DNA of 63,970 bases, filler included, from Craspedostauros australis (Eukaryota): NCBI GenBank assembly GCA_030167865.1. It is 12 parts of 12 records of this genome, joined end to end, with 100 filler letters (N's around TTAATTAATTAA, not from the genome) between each part and the next. Parts side by side here need not be neighbours in the genome. Positions count along the whole stretch, not along the records: positions 34,443 to 61,186 come from JALAGF010002446.1; 11 more parts are not named here. One strand, given 5' to 3'. Each line of letters starts with the position of its first letter. Position 1 is the first letter of the stretch. Positions 47,501-57,115 of this stretch are shown piece by piece. Below the pieces are notes generated by a model that was not told where the DNA came from, made no database searches, and saw only the letters and a program-made list of their open reading frames with translations. A program made the translations under genes and the position numbers.

Positions 47501-47762
47501 AGGCAGCAGTTGCCAAGGTGCCAACGCCTGCAAAATCGCTACTGTCGGTAACACCATCGGCATGGCGTCGTGTCTTGGCGGCTCTGCGTGCTACGCAAAC
47601 AACGTTGGAGGCGGTTCGTGTGTTGGGTACAAGGCGTGTTATGTCGCGTACGATGTCGGAAATGGCAGTTGCAATGGCGACTATGCCTGTGCAAAAACTA
47701 CCGACGGGACAGCGGCTGGTGATGGTGTGTGCAACGCGGTCAGTGCGTGTTACGGCATGTAA
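41589..47762 (+). CDS. 2057-aa secreted protein: signal peptide, KxxK-containing N-terminal region, Pro/Ser/Thr mucin-like stalk, Cys/Asn-rich repeat (predicted beta-solenoid) C-terminus
   Basis: Uninterrupted ORF. Signal ending AKA|QQ. 14-aa repeat PTESVAPSD(L/M)PSQ(T/A/S) with synonymous variation. C-terminal roughly 20-aa repeats NxxxxxSCxxxxACxI(T/N)G. No TM segment or GPI-like hydrophobic tail seen. Confidence 0.93.
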   Translation: MPIISKVAISTVLGAASVLTTAKAQQVQPEQRKHHHGHQQKRKDDNGNEEATEAAFAESIVFGGLGHFSAAKGPKREETTTGSATNGVQDKQTWDAFAQDRKDPVSPLPAASRIQVTQFGAVPSASHGAAVTATSDVGNLGDHGGINILDDGPNVDKQLHDHAPMLNSKVWFSEHQVDGIPMANQMHRQQRRNIHLPTGPTTPTGPTSPSAPTGATVDATGKASKTGNTTFLPVKGPKGSTPAPGGSPPTGCFEEVRTRFQLTPSGKAIKGGAIESYTVEVCPPGEGGGFSEAPSETPTADPGAVVFPSSEPSFVPTDTAKPSQAPSGVPTRTTAPSSAPSQAPTDSAAPSVTPSQTPTKSVAPSTTPSQTPTKSAAPSTTPSQTPTKSVAPSTTPSQSPTKSAAPSTTPSQSPTKSVAPSTTPSQSPTKSAAPSTTPSQSPTKSAAPSTTPSQSPTKSVAPSTTPSQSPTESAAPSDMPSQAPTESVAPSDLPSQAPTESVAPSDMPSQTPTESVAPSDMPSQTPTESVAPSDDPTGSVPPSDTPSQAPTESVAPSDLPSVTPTESVAPSDMPSQAPTESVAPSDLPSVTPTESVAPSDMPSQTPTESIAPSDLPSESPTESVAPSDMPSQTPTESVAPSDLPSQAPTESVAPSDLPSQTPTESVAPSDMPSQTPTESVAPSDLPSQTPTESVAPSDMPSQTPTESVAPSDLPSESPTESVAPSDMPSQTPTESVAPSDLPSQTPTESSAPSDLPSQTPTESVAPSDMPSQTPTESVAPSDLPSVTPTESVAPSDMPSQTPTESIAPSDLPSQSPTESVAPSDMPSQTPTESVAPSDLPSQAPTESVAPSDVPSQTPTESVAPSDMPSQTPTESVAPSDLPSQTPTESVAPSDMPSQTPTESVAPSDLPSQAPTESVAPSDMPSQTPTESVAPSDMPSQTPTESIAPSDVPSQTPTESVAPSDMPSQTPTESIAPSDLPSQSPTESVAPSDMPSQTPTESVAPSDLPSQAPTESSAPSDLPSQTPTESVAPSDLPSQAPTESSAPSDLPSQTPTESVAPSDMPSQTPTESVAPSDLPSQTPTESVAPSDMPSQTPTESVAPSDLPSQAPTESAAPSDLPSQTPTESVAPSDLPSQAPTESSAPSDLPSQTPTESVAPSDMPSQTPTESVAPSDLPSQSPTESVAPSDMPSQTPTESIAPSDLPSQAPTESVAPSDLPSQTPTESVAPSDLPSQAPTESSAPSDLPSQSPTESVAPSDMPSQTPTESVAPSDLPSQSPTESVAPSDMPSQTPTESVAPSDLPSQAPTDSSAPSDLPSQTPTESVAPSDMPSQAPTESSAPSDLPSQSPTESVAPSDMPSQTPTESVAPSDDPTGSLSPSDTPSQAPSDSSAPSDLPSMTPTESVAPSDMPSQAPTESSAPSDLPSQSPTESIAPSDMPSQTPTASIAPSDMPSQAPSDSSAPSDMPSQSPTASIAPSDMPSQAPSDSSAPSDMPSQSPTASIAPSDMPSQAPTQSIAPSDLPSFAPTLSVFPSEEPTTSCFTGTAAGAITFCAGAGRDCCCSSGTGLCSGYTGADACVWSGSDVEICAGSCNGKGACTFGGATGVTIGPNSCRGENACNAVDVPRFSVGEGSCLSLAASTYFACFFETLASDVTVGDNACFGKSACFTYGASTNNTFESNSCQFTYSCAVQDGTTGSNNVFRANSCLAYQACYVEGDNNIFSERSCQLQAACRVNGNNNNMLEDSCRGSGACTVNGNGNNIGDSCRNQDACVINGDLNSIGDKGCYGVNSCKITGDKNDLQDSACYYADACLITGDSNILEYSCFDVGATGPSAPTTCTITGKYNHLYYGSCVGTSTCGITGDSNKLLQNSCKATSACTISGGSNYIYDGACSANNACAITGSANQIFQNSCNQPQACSIQSGASSNIIRTNACTNTQACLIGANNNVINSGSCNGGLVACSISTASNTIQGSSCQGANACKIATVGNTIGMASCLGGSACYANNVGGGSCVGYKACYVAYDVGNGSCNGDYACAKTTDGTAAGDGVCNAVSACYGM
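42530..46200 (+). repeat. Coding tandem repeat, 42-bp unit, roughly 85 copies
   Basis: 14-aa periodicity across about 3.67 kb. Confidence 0.93.
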
Positions 47763-49314
47763 TACTTCAGTAATAGACACCCATCCACATTTGTAACCTG
47801 CGCTCGTTGTGCTCTGCGTGATGCCGACTGTGTCTTCGTGTCCGCTCAGCATCGCTCTGCCATACAACGCAACCGCTGCTCCTCCCACCAGGTAGAATGC
47901 GAGCGCACCATCGTCGAGCCCCAACCCCGACAGGAACTGTCCTCGTACCAGTGTGGCGCGCTGAAGCATGCGACGACACAGCGCCGAGCAGAGTAGAGGG
48001 AGGTGCCGTGTGTGCGGCGCACCCACTTCCGCAAACTCCAGTACTACGTTCTCTTCCGTTTGCGTACTTCTCTGCTGTTGGAGCACTGTTCTCTGTACTT
48101 CCATCATACTCACACCAAACCCACGTTTGATGCACCCGCCAAGTTCGCGTGCAACACTGCTCAAAATGTTGTTGCTGTATTGGGGTATACGGTAAATATG
48201 AAAATGAACCACATCTACCAGAACGGATGTCGCTGGTCGGCGATAGTCTTGAGCGTGTCCCTCGTCATGTCCACAATTACAAGTGACAGCGACGAGAGAC
48301 TTGTTGTTTGGTCTCTGACCTGCCAACGCAGTTTCGAACGCATGCAACCTGTTGACCCAGAGCACAACCCCATGGATAGCTACATACCGACTATCTCCTC
48401 AGAAGGGCAAAGAGTCCAACAATCATAGTGCGAGTGATGTCTGTTGACGATCGATCTTGTAGGTGCCAACAAAACTGCTATTTTGTGATTTATCCTCACC
48501 TTCTATTCTCCTCGAATGGTGCATCCACGAGGAATGCAGGTAAATATTATGTACCATACGGCTATCTCCAGACACCACATTGGCACCAGTGGTGAAGCAT
48601 AAATAGTATCGTTGACCTGGATGAAGCAGAATTGGCAATCCCTCTTCAGGCATGATCGTGACCACAGAATGTGACGAATCCGTGCACGGCCCGAGTAACC
48701 ATGCACTGATAACAATGTGCTTGACGCCAAGCTCCTGCCATGGAAAGTTTGTGCGCGAGCAGGTGCAGAATAATGAGAACGTGGCGCTACCATCATGAAC
48801 GGCAGTGCAACAGCAACACCAACATCACATGAACAGTGATGCTGAAGAAACCAACCCTATACCCATCATCAGATCTGTTCGGAGAGTGCATAGTCTGACA
48901 TTGACACCTATTGGCACATTCGCAATCAACATATTGTGATACAACTTGTCAAGGACCACTCTAATGGAGTGTCATCCACAACACGCTACGAGGAGCAGAG
49001 CAGAACACATTAGAATAACGTCAAATGGCATGGAGCAGGGCATTAGGAAGAGTGCAGAATGCACCAAATTAGGATGGATGAGATTTTGTTCTCACAATTC
49101 TCATCAATCATCAATTGACATACAACTAACTTAGCAACCAACAACCAAGCACCAACCAACTTCTTCAGACGGAACTGATCACCCTGACAGCATAGAAAGT
49201 GTAAGCATTTGGTTCCCTGACCTGTGTGTAATTGGAGATTGCCACAATGCGACATTCTCCTCCACAATCTCTCTCCACAGCATAAGTAATTGGTTCAGTA
49301 TTTTATCAAAGCTC

Positions 49315-50497
49315 GCTTGCTTCACGTATGGAGCCTCGAAAAATAGCACCTTCGAGTCAGATTCTTGCAAATTCGAATCTTCATGCGGAAATAAACGGCA
49401 CCACTGGCAGCAACAACATCTTCTACAGTGGTTCATGTCCAGGCATCAGGGCATGCTACATGGAGGGCAACAACAACATTTTCTCTGCAGGATCATGCTC
49501 AGCCATGAACGCTAGCAGAGTGAACGGCAACAACAACAAAATGTTGGAAGGTGCATGCCAAGGAAGCCAGACATGCACCGTGAATGGCGATGAAAACAAG
49601 ATCGGCAACTCTTGCAAACGTCAAGATGCCTGCGTGATCAACGGTGATCTCAACTCCATTGGAGAAAAGGTGTGCTACATCCAAACCTCGCGCAACATCA
49701 CAGGAGACAAGAACAATGCAAGACTTCGCATGCTATTACCATAATGAGTGCACCACCATTGGAAAGCCGAACATCCTCGACGACAGTTGCTACGACAGTT
49801 TGTGCACAAATATTTCTACCCCAGTGACATGCCCGATCACAGGAGACTAAAACGAACTCTATCACGGATCTTGCGTTGGGAGCGAACCTTGCGAAATCAC
49901 CGGAAACTCCAACCGGCTTCTCGAAGGCTCCTGCAACGCAACTTCTGCTTGCGCCATCAATGGCGATGCCAACTATATCTACGGTGGGGCTTGCGTTGCC
50001 CTTGATGCCTGTGACATCACCGGCACTGGCGTCCAGATCTTCCAAAACTCGTTTAACCACTCCCAAGCCTGTTCCGTCCAAGGCAGCGCTGAAACCATTG
50101 TCCTCAATGCCAATGCTTGCACCAACACACAAGCTTGTGCCATTTCTACCAACAACATTGATATCAACAGCGGATCCTGCAATGGGGAATTGAATTCCTG
50201 TACCATTTCTGCCGCGGGCAACACAATTCAAGGGGACAGTTGCCAAGGTCTGAACGCCTGCAAAGTCGCTACCGCCTCAAAAACGATCCGCATGAGGGCA
50301 CACATTGGCGAGTTGGCGTGCTTCGCCCATGATGTCGAAAACGGCTCGTGTATTGGATACAAGGCGTGCTATTCTGCGTATAGTACGACATCGGAGATAG
50401 CAGTGGCATCGGCGACAAAGCTTGCGCAAACGCTGCGTACGGGACAACGATTCGTGACGGCTCATGCACCACGCCCGGCGAGTGTTTCGGGATTTAA
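49315..50497 (+). pseudogene. Decayed copy of the Cys-rich C-terminal domain (46581-47762) of the upstream gene
   Basis: Colinear homology starting gcttgcttcacgtatggagcctcga, with frameshifts near 49390 and 49715 and a TAA near 49848. Ends ...CFGI* matching ...CYGM*. Confidence 0.9.
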
Positions 50498-51663
50498 ATG
50501 GTCCCTTCCTTCCCAGAATCTCACAACGGAGAGCATGCACAACTGGAGCATCGACGAGTCCGGAGTTTGGTGACTTCCGTGACGTACATTGTTCGTACTC
50601 GTGCGCCAACACATCAACGAGATGAGGATTCCCCATGTCAGAGCACGAGCATTGTTGGTCGTACGAGCAGTGTTTACAACATGAAGTGCCCACAATCGGC
50701 TCTGTTGATATTTCTCAGGCCTGCTGCCTGCTTGTGCTTAGAGCACTTGTCTAATCATAGGACCTCTGTATGTACGTAGCTCTGCACCCACATATGCACA
50801 AATGTACATCTGGACGCAGCGACGCTTCGGTTGTGGGCAGATGATTGCCACCATTCATGTCCACGAAACCCGATTGTGAGCAACGTTGTCTTGATCCCCA
50901 ATCCACGGCACGATCAGTTGTATGCATCAGAGTACTCTACTCTAATCTACTCTCCAGCCTGCTCCATTCTGTTCGAGTAGCTCGTACTGCAATGATTACG
51001 TGGACCAGGAGTGCTGGTCTTGTTTCTGTTGCGACACACATCAACAATGCCACATCATCCACACGGCGATGACTCGTGATGCGAATAATGCTGTCGTGTG
51101 TTGCTTGGTTTGCGGACAGAGGAATGGCACGTGACGGAAAAAAATGTGACGATGGCGGTTATTTGACGTTGAGCTTATTCGCTGACTATTTCGCCAAAAT
51201 GGAGACCGAGAAAGTATCGGGGTGGACGTGATTGGCCAACCACATCACAGCGTTTGCCTGGCCAACATCAAACGCCGACGCTTTGCAACAAAGCCAACCT
51301 TCACACCCGAGAAGATGCATAGTATTGGTTTCCATCTCGCATGCGGAGCACCAAGAGGACTGAGACGGACAGCCCCACAAGCCAGAAAAGCAACATCAGC
51401 AACATCATCGGTCTTGGGAACGACAGACGACGAGGCACCTGGACGGATTGGGACGTCCTCCGAGCACTCGACGCGCTTTGTGCGATACGGGCAGAGAGCA
51501 GCCGTCCAAAGAGCGTCAGTGGAAGGCCCCGCACTGCTGTACGGAGAAGAATCACACGGGCATCAGTTCATGCCGTTGATCTGCATACTCCATCGTACTC
51601 TCGTATACTCTGCTCCACGACACGGCCGCACAATATCATTCCACAAGACTGTGGAGGGGGACC

Positions 51664-53190
51664 ATGTTTCCAGATCCCAAGCACACCTTGCACTCGGCAG
51701 AGAGCGCGGCGACGCCGATTCAGGACGTCTACGTGCTCGATGCGGACTCATCAAAATCTGAGCATTTGGTGGGAACCACCCAGCGGCCTCAAGCAATGCA
51801 GCAACCAGCGCACCAGGAACAGCAGCAGCAACGGCAGAACCACAGGCCACGTCCATCCTTCCTTCCGCAGGGCCAATCGGTGCGCGTGGTGCAGACGACG
51901 ATGTCGAAGGCATTTCTGGGATCCATCTTGGAGAGCGACAGCTTTCAGAACCTTGTCGTTGCCGCGATCGTCCTGAACAGCATCCTGCTGGGCATGGCGA
52001 CGTTCGACTTCGTGACGGAGGAGCCGTCGGTGCGGAAGTGGTTCGATGCGGTGGATTTTGCGTTTTTGATATTCTTCACGGCCGAGATCGGATTGCAGGC
52101 CCTGTATCGTGGCGCGGAGGAGATCCTGTCAGGTGGCTGGCTTACCTTCGATGTGCTCGTCATCGCCCTGTCCTGGGTGTTCGATTCCATCCAGGTCATC
52201 CGGGCCTTCCGCATCATCCGCGCCTTGCGCGTCATCACGCGGATGCCGCATCTGCGGCACCTCGTCGAGGCCCTGATCGCCGTGCGTCCCAAGATGTTCG
52301 CGATCGGTCTGCTGCTGGTCATCGTCGATTACATCTTCGCCGTCATGTTCACGCATCTCTTCAAGGACATGTACATGGACGGCCTCACGACGGAGGATTA
52401 CTTCAGCCGGTTGGACACGACGACCTTCACGCTGTTTCAGATCATGACGTTGGACGGATGGTCCACCATCGCGCGGCAGGTTCTGGTCGTGTACCCGTGG
52501 GCGTGGATCCCCTTCGTCACCTTCGTCGCCATCTCGTCCTTCATCGTCGTCAATCTCGTCATCGCCGTCATCTGCAACGCCGTCTCCTCGTCGCAGTACG
52601 AGTATATTGACCAGAAGTTCGAGGACGGCATGGACAGCATCCGTCAGTCCATCCGCATGACCTACTCGCACCAGCAGCAGTACCATCAATCGCCGCGACA
52701 CCAGGAGCTCATCGTCGGCGTCCACTCCGAATCGATCGAGTTCGATGATCATCCGTCCTTTCAGCCCAGCACGCCTGGCCGGCGGCACAACCCAGCGACG
52801 GGTCCCAACGCGGAAGTGTACATGCTGAATCAGAAGATCGATCGGCTCGAGGCCATGCTGCAGCAGCTCGTGTTGTCGCAGCAACGGCAGGAGCTCGAGA
52901 GGCAGCAGATACGTCTTTCCGGCAGCACCAGTGGCAGTCTCAGCGGTGCGTTCATGGGGACTGGACCAACATCAGCAACAACGGCAAGAGTAGCGGCTAG
53001 AACGGTGGGTGGAGCAATGGCTGGAACAGCGGAGGCTGATGGTGCACCGTTGCTACCTTACACACCACCACAGCCGCCATCCGCCACGACCATGAGCCGG
53101 CACCAGCAAGACTTTGCTCCCAATCTTCCGCCAAACACGGCGCTGGACAACCGGACCGCCGAGAGCAATGACGAAACCGTGTTTATTTGA
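51664..53190 (+). CDS. Single-domain voltage-gated Na+/Ca2+ channel (EukCatA / bacterial Nav-like)
   Basis: One 6-TM domain. S4 IRAFRIIRALRVITR, pore TLFQIMTLDGWSTIAR, S6 FIVVNLVIAVIC, C-terminal coiled coil LNQKIDRLEAMLQQL. Confidence 0.92.
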   Translation: MFPDPKHTLHSAESAATPIQDVYVLDADSSKSEHLVGTTQRPQAMQQPAHQEQQQQRQNHRPRPSFLPQGQSVRVVQTTMSKAFLGSILESDSFQNLVVAAIVLNSILLGMATFDFVTEEPSVRKWFDAVDFAFLIFFTAEIGLQALYRGAEEILSGGWLTFDVLVIALSWVFDSIQVIRAFRIIRALRVITRMPHLRHLVEALIAVRPKMFAIGLLLVIVDYIFAVMFTHLFKDMYMDGLTTEDYFSRLDTTTFTLFQIMTLDGWSTIARQVLVVYPWAWIPFVTFVAISSFIVVNLVIAVICNAVSSSQYEYIDQKFEDGMDSIRQSIRMTYSHQQQYHQSPRHQELIVGVHSESIEFDDHPSFQPSTPGRRHNPATGPNAEVYMLNQKIDRLEAMLQQLVLSQQRQELERQQIRLSGSTSGSLSGAFMGTGPTSATTARVAARTVGGAMAGTAEADGAPLLPYTPPQPPSATTMSRHQQDFAPNLPPNTALDNRTAESNDETVFI

Positions 53191-54464
53191 ATTCTTCCAA
53201 TCTTCTCCAGAAGTATCACTACCATCATCAGCAGCAGGACCACACCATTGGTCCATCGTGACATGGTCTCCGTCATTGCAGTTCTCAATCATCAGGAGAG
53301 TTGCGAAGAAGCTGGGAAGATGCAAGGGCAGAAACGTCAGAACGTCGGAACGATGAAGCATGAAAACACTGCAACTGTACACAACCCAACGCAGGACAAC
53401 GCAGGACAACAAAGCGCAAACATCGTCGACATGACGCTGTCGGCAGCTTCTGAGAGCCATCATCATCAACGTGACATGCCCCACGCAACAGAACCTCGAC
53501 GAATCAAAAATCGTCGAACACACAGCGTCAACACCATCGCCAAGGCTCCATCAATGAGGCAATAGAACGACACTTACGTCAGCCAGCTGGCGTCAGCTCT
53601 ACCAACGGCCACCTCCGCAAACACCCACATCTAATTGGCCCGTCCTATCGCCATCGTAGAATCAATAGCGGCCGCAACCTGTTCCGACAATTCCAAAAAG
53701 TTGCCGCAACGGCAACTTCTAGACATTGACTGCGTAGAATCCAGTAGACTTACAGTACCAGCTAGACAAATTTCTTCGCCAATTTTGAACAGTGGCGGTT
53801 ACCGATTTAACCGCCAATTGAACAGACGCGAAGTTCGGCTGCCGCTGGTGAGTTGTTCTTTGTTGCGCTTTTGTTATGGCACAAACCGTCACCCATCACA
53901 ACGATTGGCCGCTGCCCATCTGCTCTGCAACGCCAACCGACCTGCGGAGGAATGCATTTTTTCAAAATCCGATGCAAACCTCGCAACCGTATCTTTTACA
54001 ATGGATTTGATGATGTGATGATGGGCGGCAACCACCACCCGCTCATCCATCTCCTGTGTGGCATTTGGTTGATGACTTCGGGAGAGGTATAGCCGTTGTG
54101 ATGGTGATGCGATGATGTTGATTGCGTGCCGTCTGAAATTCTGTGATGGTCTGCTCACAAAACCAACTTGCCGATAATCGCAAACATCAACAGCAGGAGC
54201 AGCAGCCACCAACACACGGATCCAATTTCGTTCTTGATTGCCAGAATCCGAACCCTCACACTCTTTTCGCGCGCGCAGAACTTCATCGGCACTGACAGCC
54301 AACACATAGTTCTCATAAATTTGCAAACGCCACAACTGAACCACTCCGCGCTTCTCTCTTGCAGTGACCCATCACACAACCACCAACAACCACCAACAAG
54401 AACAACAACCCGAGCAAACACAAACACAAACACACAAAAAAACACCAAACAGAACAGCAACACC

Positions 54465-56342
54465 ATGAAGCTCTGCAACTCCTTCGCACTGGCAACCGTC
54501 GCCACCTCCGCCACCTTCTCCACCGTCCAGGGTCTCTACCTCGACTCTCTCAACAATGGAAAGACCGCCAGCGCCCCCAACGGTTTCGTCGAGACCCCGA
54601 TAGAGCTCGGTCACATCCAGGAAAGCCTCGTGCCGCCGCCAGCGCAGCAGGAGAAGGAAGCCGAGCAACCCTTCGTCATGTACGAGAATGGACTTGACCC
54701 CGACATGCAGCAGGTGGTCAACGCCGACTTGGCAGCGGCCGCCGTGCAGGGCCTCCAGAAGCTGCAGGCACCCGCCTTCGAGGAGCACCCCCTCTTCCCG
54801 GAAGCCAAGATCCAAAACGAGTACAGCATCTGGTGCAACAAGTACGACCGCCCCGCAGACGAGACGCGATACCCCACCTTCCGCCAAAACTGGATCCGCC
54901 AGGAGGAGTACGGACGCGCCACGGGACAGTATTTCTGGATGAACGAGTTCGGCGACTGCAGCGAAGACGAGTACATGAACATCATGCAGATGAAGGAGCA
55001 GATCAAGAATGACCCGCTTCAGCAGAAGCGCGTCGACGCCGCAGCTTCCGCCGCCGCTGCCGCACCAAGCAGCTGGGAGACATCCGCTGTGGACGCTTCG
55101 GCGCAACTCGGAATGTCCACCTACGAACACCAGCTCGCGCACCCGGAAGCCGTGATCGCCGCCGCCAACCAAGCTGGCGCCACCGTCGAGCCGCTCGACC
55201 AGGACTTCTCCTACCTCCAGAACCAAGATTCCAAGCTCGTCGAGTCCGCCAAGAAGGCGGCCGGCAACTACCTCGAGAACCTGAACCCAGGTGAGACCGC
55301 CGGCATCCACGGCAAGGGCATCGCTTCGTACCTCGACGAGCTCAACCCCAACGAGATTGAGAATCATGGCGAGGTCAAGCGAACCATCACCGAGTCCTAC
55401 ATGGACGGCCTGTCCGCACCAGCGGTCGTGGAGGAGACCCCGGAAGCCGTCGCGGCTCCAGAAATCAAGTCGGAGGATGCCGTCAAGTACCAGCACGCTT
55501 TGACCGACAAGTACTCCGACATCGACTGCGTCGAGGAGAGGGCCTTCCAGGTCCTCCTGGATCTCGGCATGGTCAGCGCCACCGCCGGCAACCTCAAGGA
55601 AGTCTTCGGTCCCACCAAGGCCGCTGGCGCCGTTGTCGACGTCGCCAAGGAGGAGAGCGTCCACGAACCCGTCTTGGACGTTGGGGAACCAGCCGCATCG
55701 CTGGTTGTCGAAGAACCAGCCATCGAGATCGAGCAAGAACACGAGCTTGAGATCGTCCATGATGTGCAGGACGAGCCGCAGCTGGACCTCGAAGTTGCTG
55801 AGGAGATTGAGATCGAGGACGAGCTCGAGATCGCTGACGAGCTCGACATGGAGATCTCTGACGAAGTTGAAGCCGAGCCACAGTTGAAGCTCGAGGTCGA
55901 AGACGAACTCAACTTTGCGTTCGAGATCACCGACGAGGTCGAAGAAGAACCGAAGCTGGAGTTGGACATCGTCGATACGATCGAGATCGAGATCGAGGAT
56001 GAGGCCGAACTCGAGCTCAACATCACCGATGAGGCCGACGACGAGAAACCGGAGCTCGAAGTAGTAGGCGCGGAAGACGAGGAATTCGACATCGACCTTT
56101 CGATGTTCGAGATCGCTGGCGACGACGAGGATGATGAGGACGCCGCACTCGACATGGAGATGAATTTGGACATTGGCATCACCGAGGACGACATCGTGAC
56201 TGAGATCAGCGAGGAGGAGCTGGAGAAGGAACGCGAACTGGCCGCATCCACCAAGGCCATCGAGAAGTACAATCTGATCGGAGACCTCAAACACCGCGCC
56301 TTCCGCATCTTTGCGGATTTGCGCTCGGTCGGAAAGCACTAA
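54465..56342 (+). CDS. Signal-peptide protein with an Inhibitor_I29 (cathepsin propeptide-like) domain, YLDxL repeats and an acidic tract
   Basis: EYSIWCNKYDR...RYPTFRQN...MNEFGDCSEDEY. Four Y(L/M)(D/E)xL motifs. Two KY...RAF..(L/F).DL..V motifs flanking an E/D-rich region. ATG 54465 follows a CA-rich leader. Confidence 0.85.
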   Translation: MKLCNSFALATVATSATFSTVQGLYLDSLNNGKTASAPNGFVETPIELGHIQESLVPPPAQQEKEAEQPFVMYENGLDPDMQQVVNADLAAAAVQGLQKLQAPAFEEHPLFPEAKIQNEYSIWCNKYDRPADETRYPTFRQNWIRQEEYGRATGQYFWMNEFGDCSEDEYMNIMQMKEQIKNDPLQQKRVDAAASAAAAAPSSWETSAVDASAQLGMSTYEHQLAHPEAVIAAANQAGATVEPLDQDFSYLQNQDSKLVESAKKAAGNYLENLNPGETAGIHGKGIASYLDELNPNEIENHGEVKRTITESYMDGLSAPAVVEETPEAVAAPEIKSEDAVKYQHALTDKYSDIDCVEERAFQVLLDLGMVSATAGNLKEVFGPTKAAGAVVDVAKEESVHEPVLDVGEPAASLVVEEPAIEIEQEHELEIVHDVQDEPQLDLEVAEEIEIEDELEIADELDMEISDEVEAEPQLKLEVEDELNFAFEITDEVEEEPKLELDIVDTIEIEIEDEAELELNITDEADDEKPELEVVGAEDEEFDIDLSMFEIAGDDEDDEDAALDMEMNLDIGITEDDIVTEISEEELEKERELAASTKAIEKYNLIGDLKHRAFRIFADLRSVGKH

Positions 56343-57115
56343 TCTTGCAGTGCTTTCGATTGCGACTGAGCTTTCGCATCTCACACGACGATGGCGTCCG
56401 AGTGGCGCCGACATGGTTGGCCCCAATCGCACAGGGGACAACGAGCAAGGATGCTCCAACCGCGAAAACGCAAAAAACGAACACGCGCAGACGGCAGCCA
56501 TCCGCCATCGTCATCTCGCACCACCACCACCATCATCATCAACAACATCAAGAATGAACGTTTCGCATACGCATGGGAAGTGCCTCACCACATCACAATT
56601 GTACACAGAAGCCGAGATATGCTCCACCGTCCTTCCCAACTTGGCAACTCAGGCAACAGCAGTCAACGAATACACATTTCAGTAAAACTATTAGTGATAA
56701 ATGGAAATACATGTACTATTACGCGATACGAGCATCGTGACGGTACACCATGGCGGCAGTGACCCCTCCGCTATCCGATGTTGCGAGTCCGATGAGGGTA
56801 ATGAACCTCGCAAGTGTTCCATGATTCCGAGGCGACTTCACCAGGACCGTCTCGACCACAACAGCCAATTGGCGCGCGAATGGGACCGAAATTATGTACG
56901 ACCTGCCTGGAGTAAGTCATGGCATGACACCACATCGCATCCACCTGATGCGACTCTTCGTCGTTTCTTCTGCGCCGGTATCTTCATGACGGGATGCCTC
57001 GTTCCATCGCTACCTCATTTGAACTGAATTTGTATTCGTCTTAATGGAACGACCAAGCTGATGCCACGTCTTGGCTGCACTGATGGTGTCGCGCATCGCT
57101 TTACGAGTATCACTC

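Noticed and set aside
47478..48796. ORFs between the giant gene and its pseudogene copy
   Set aside because: No recognisable motifs or consistent coding frame.
54372..56501. 709-aa minus-strand ORF
   Set aside because: Antisense shadow of the codon-biased I29-domain gene.
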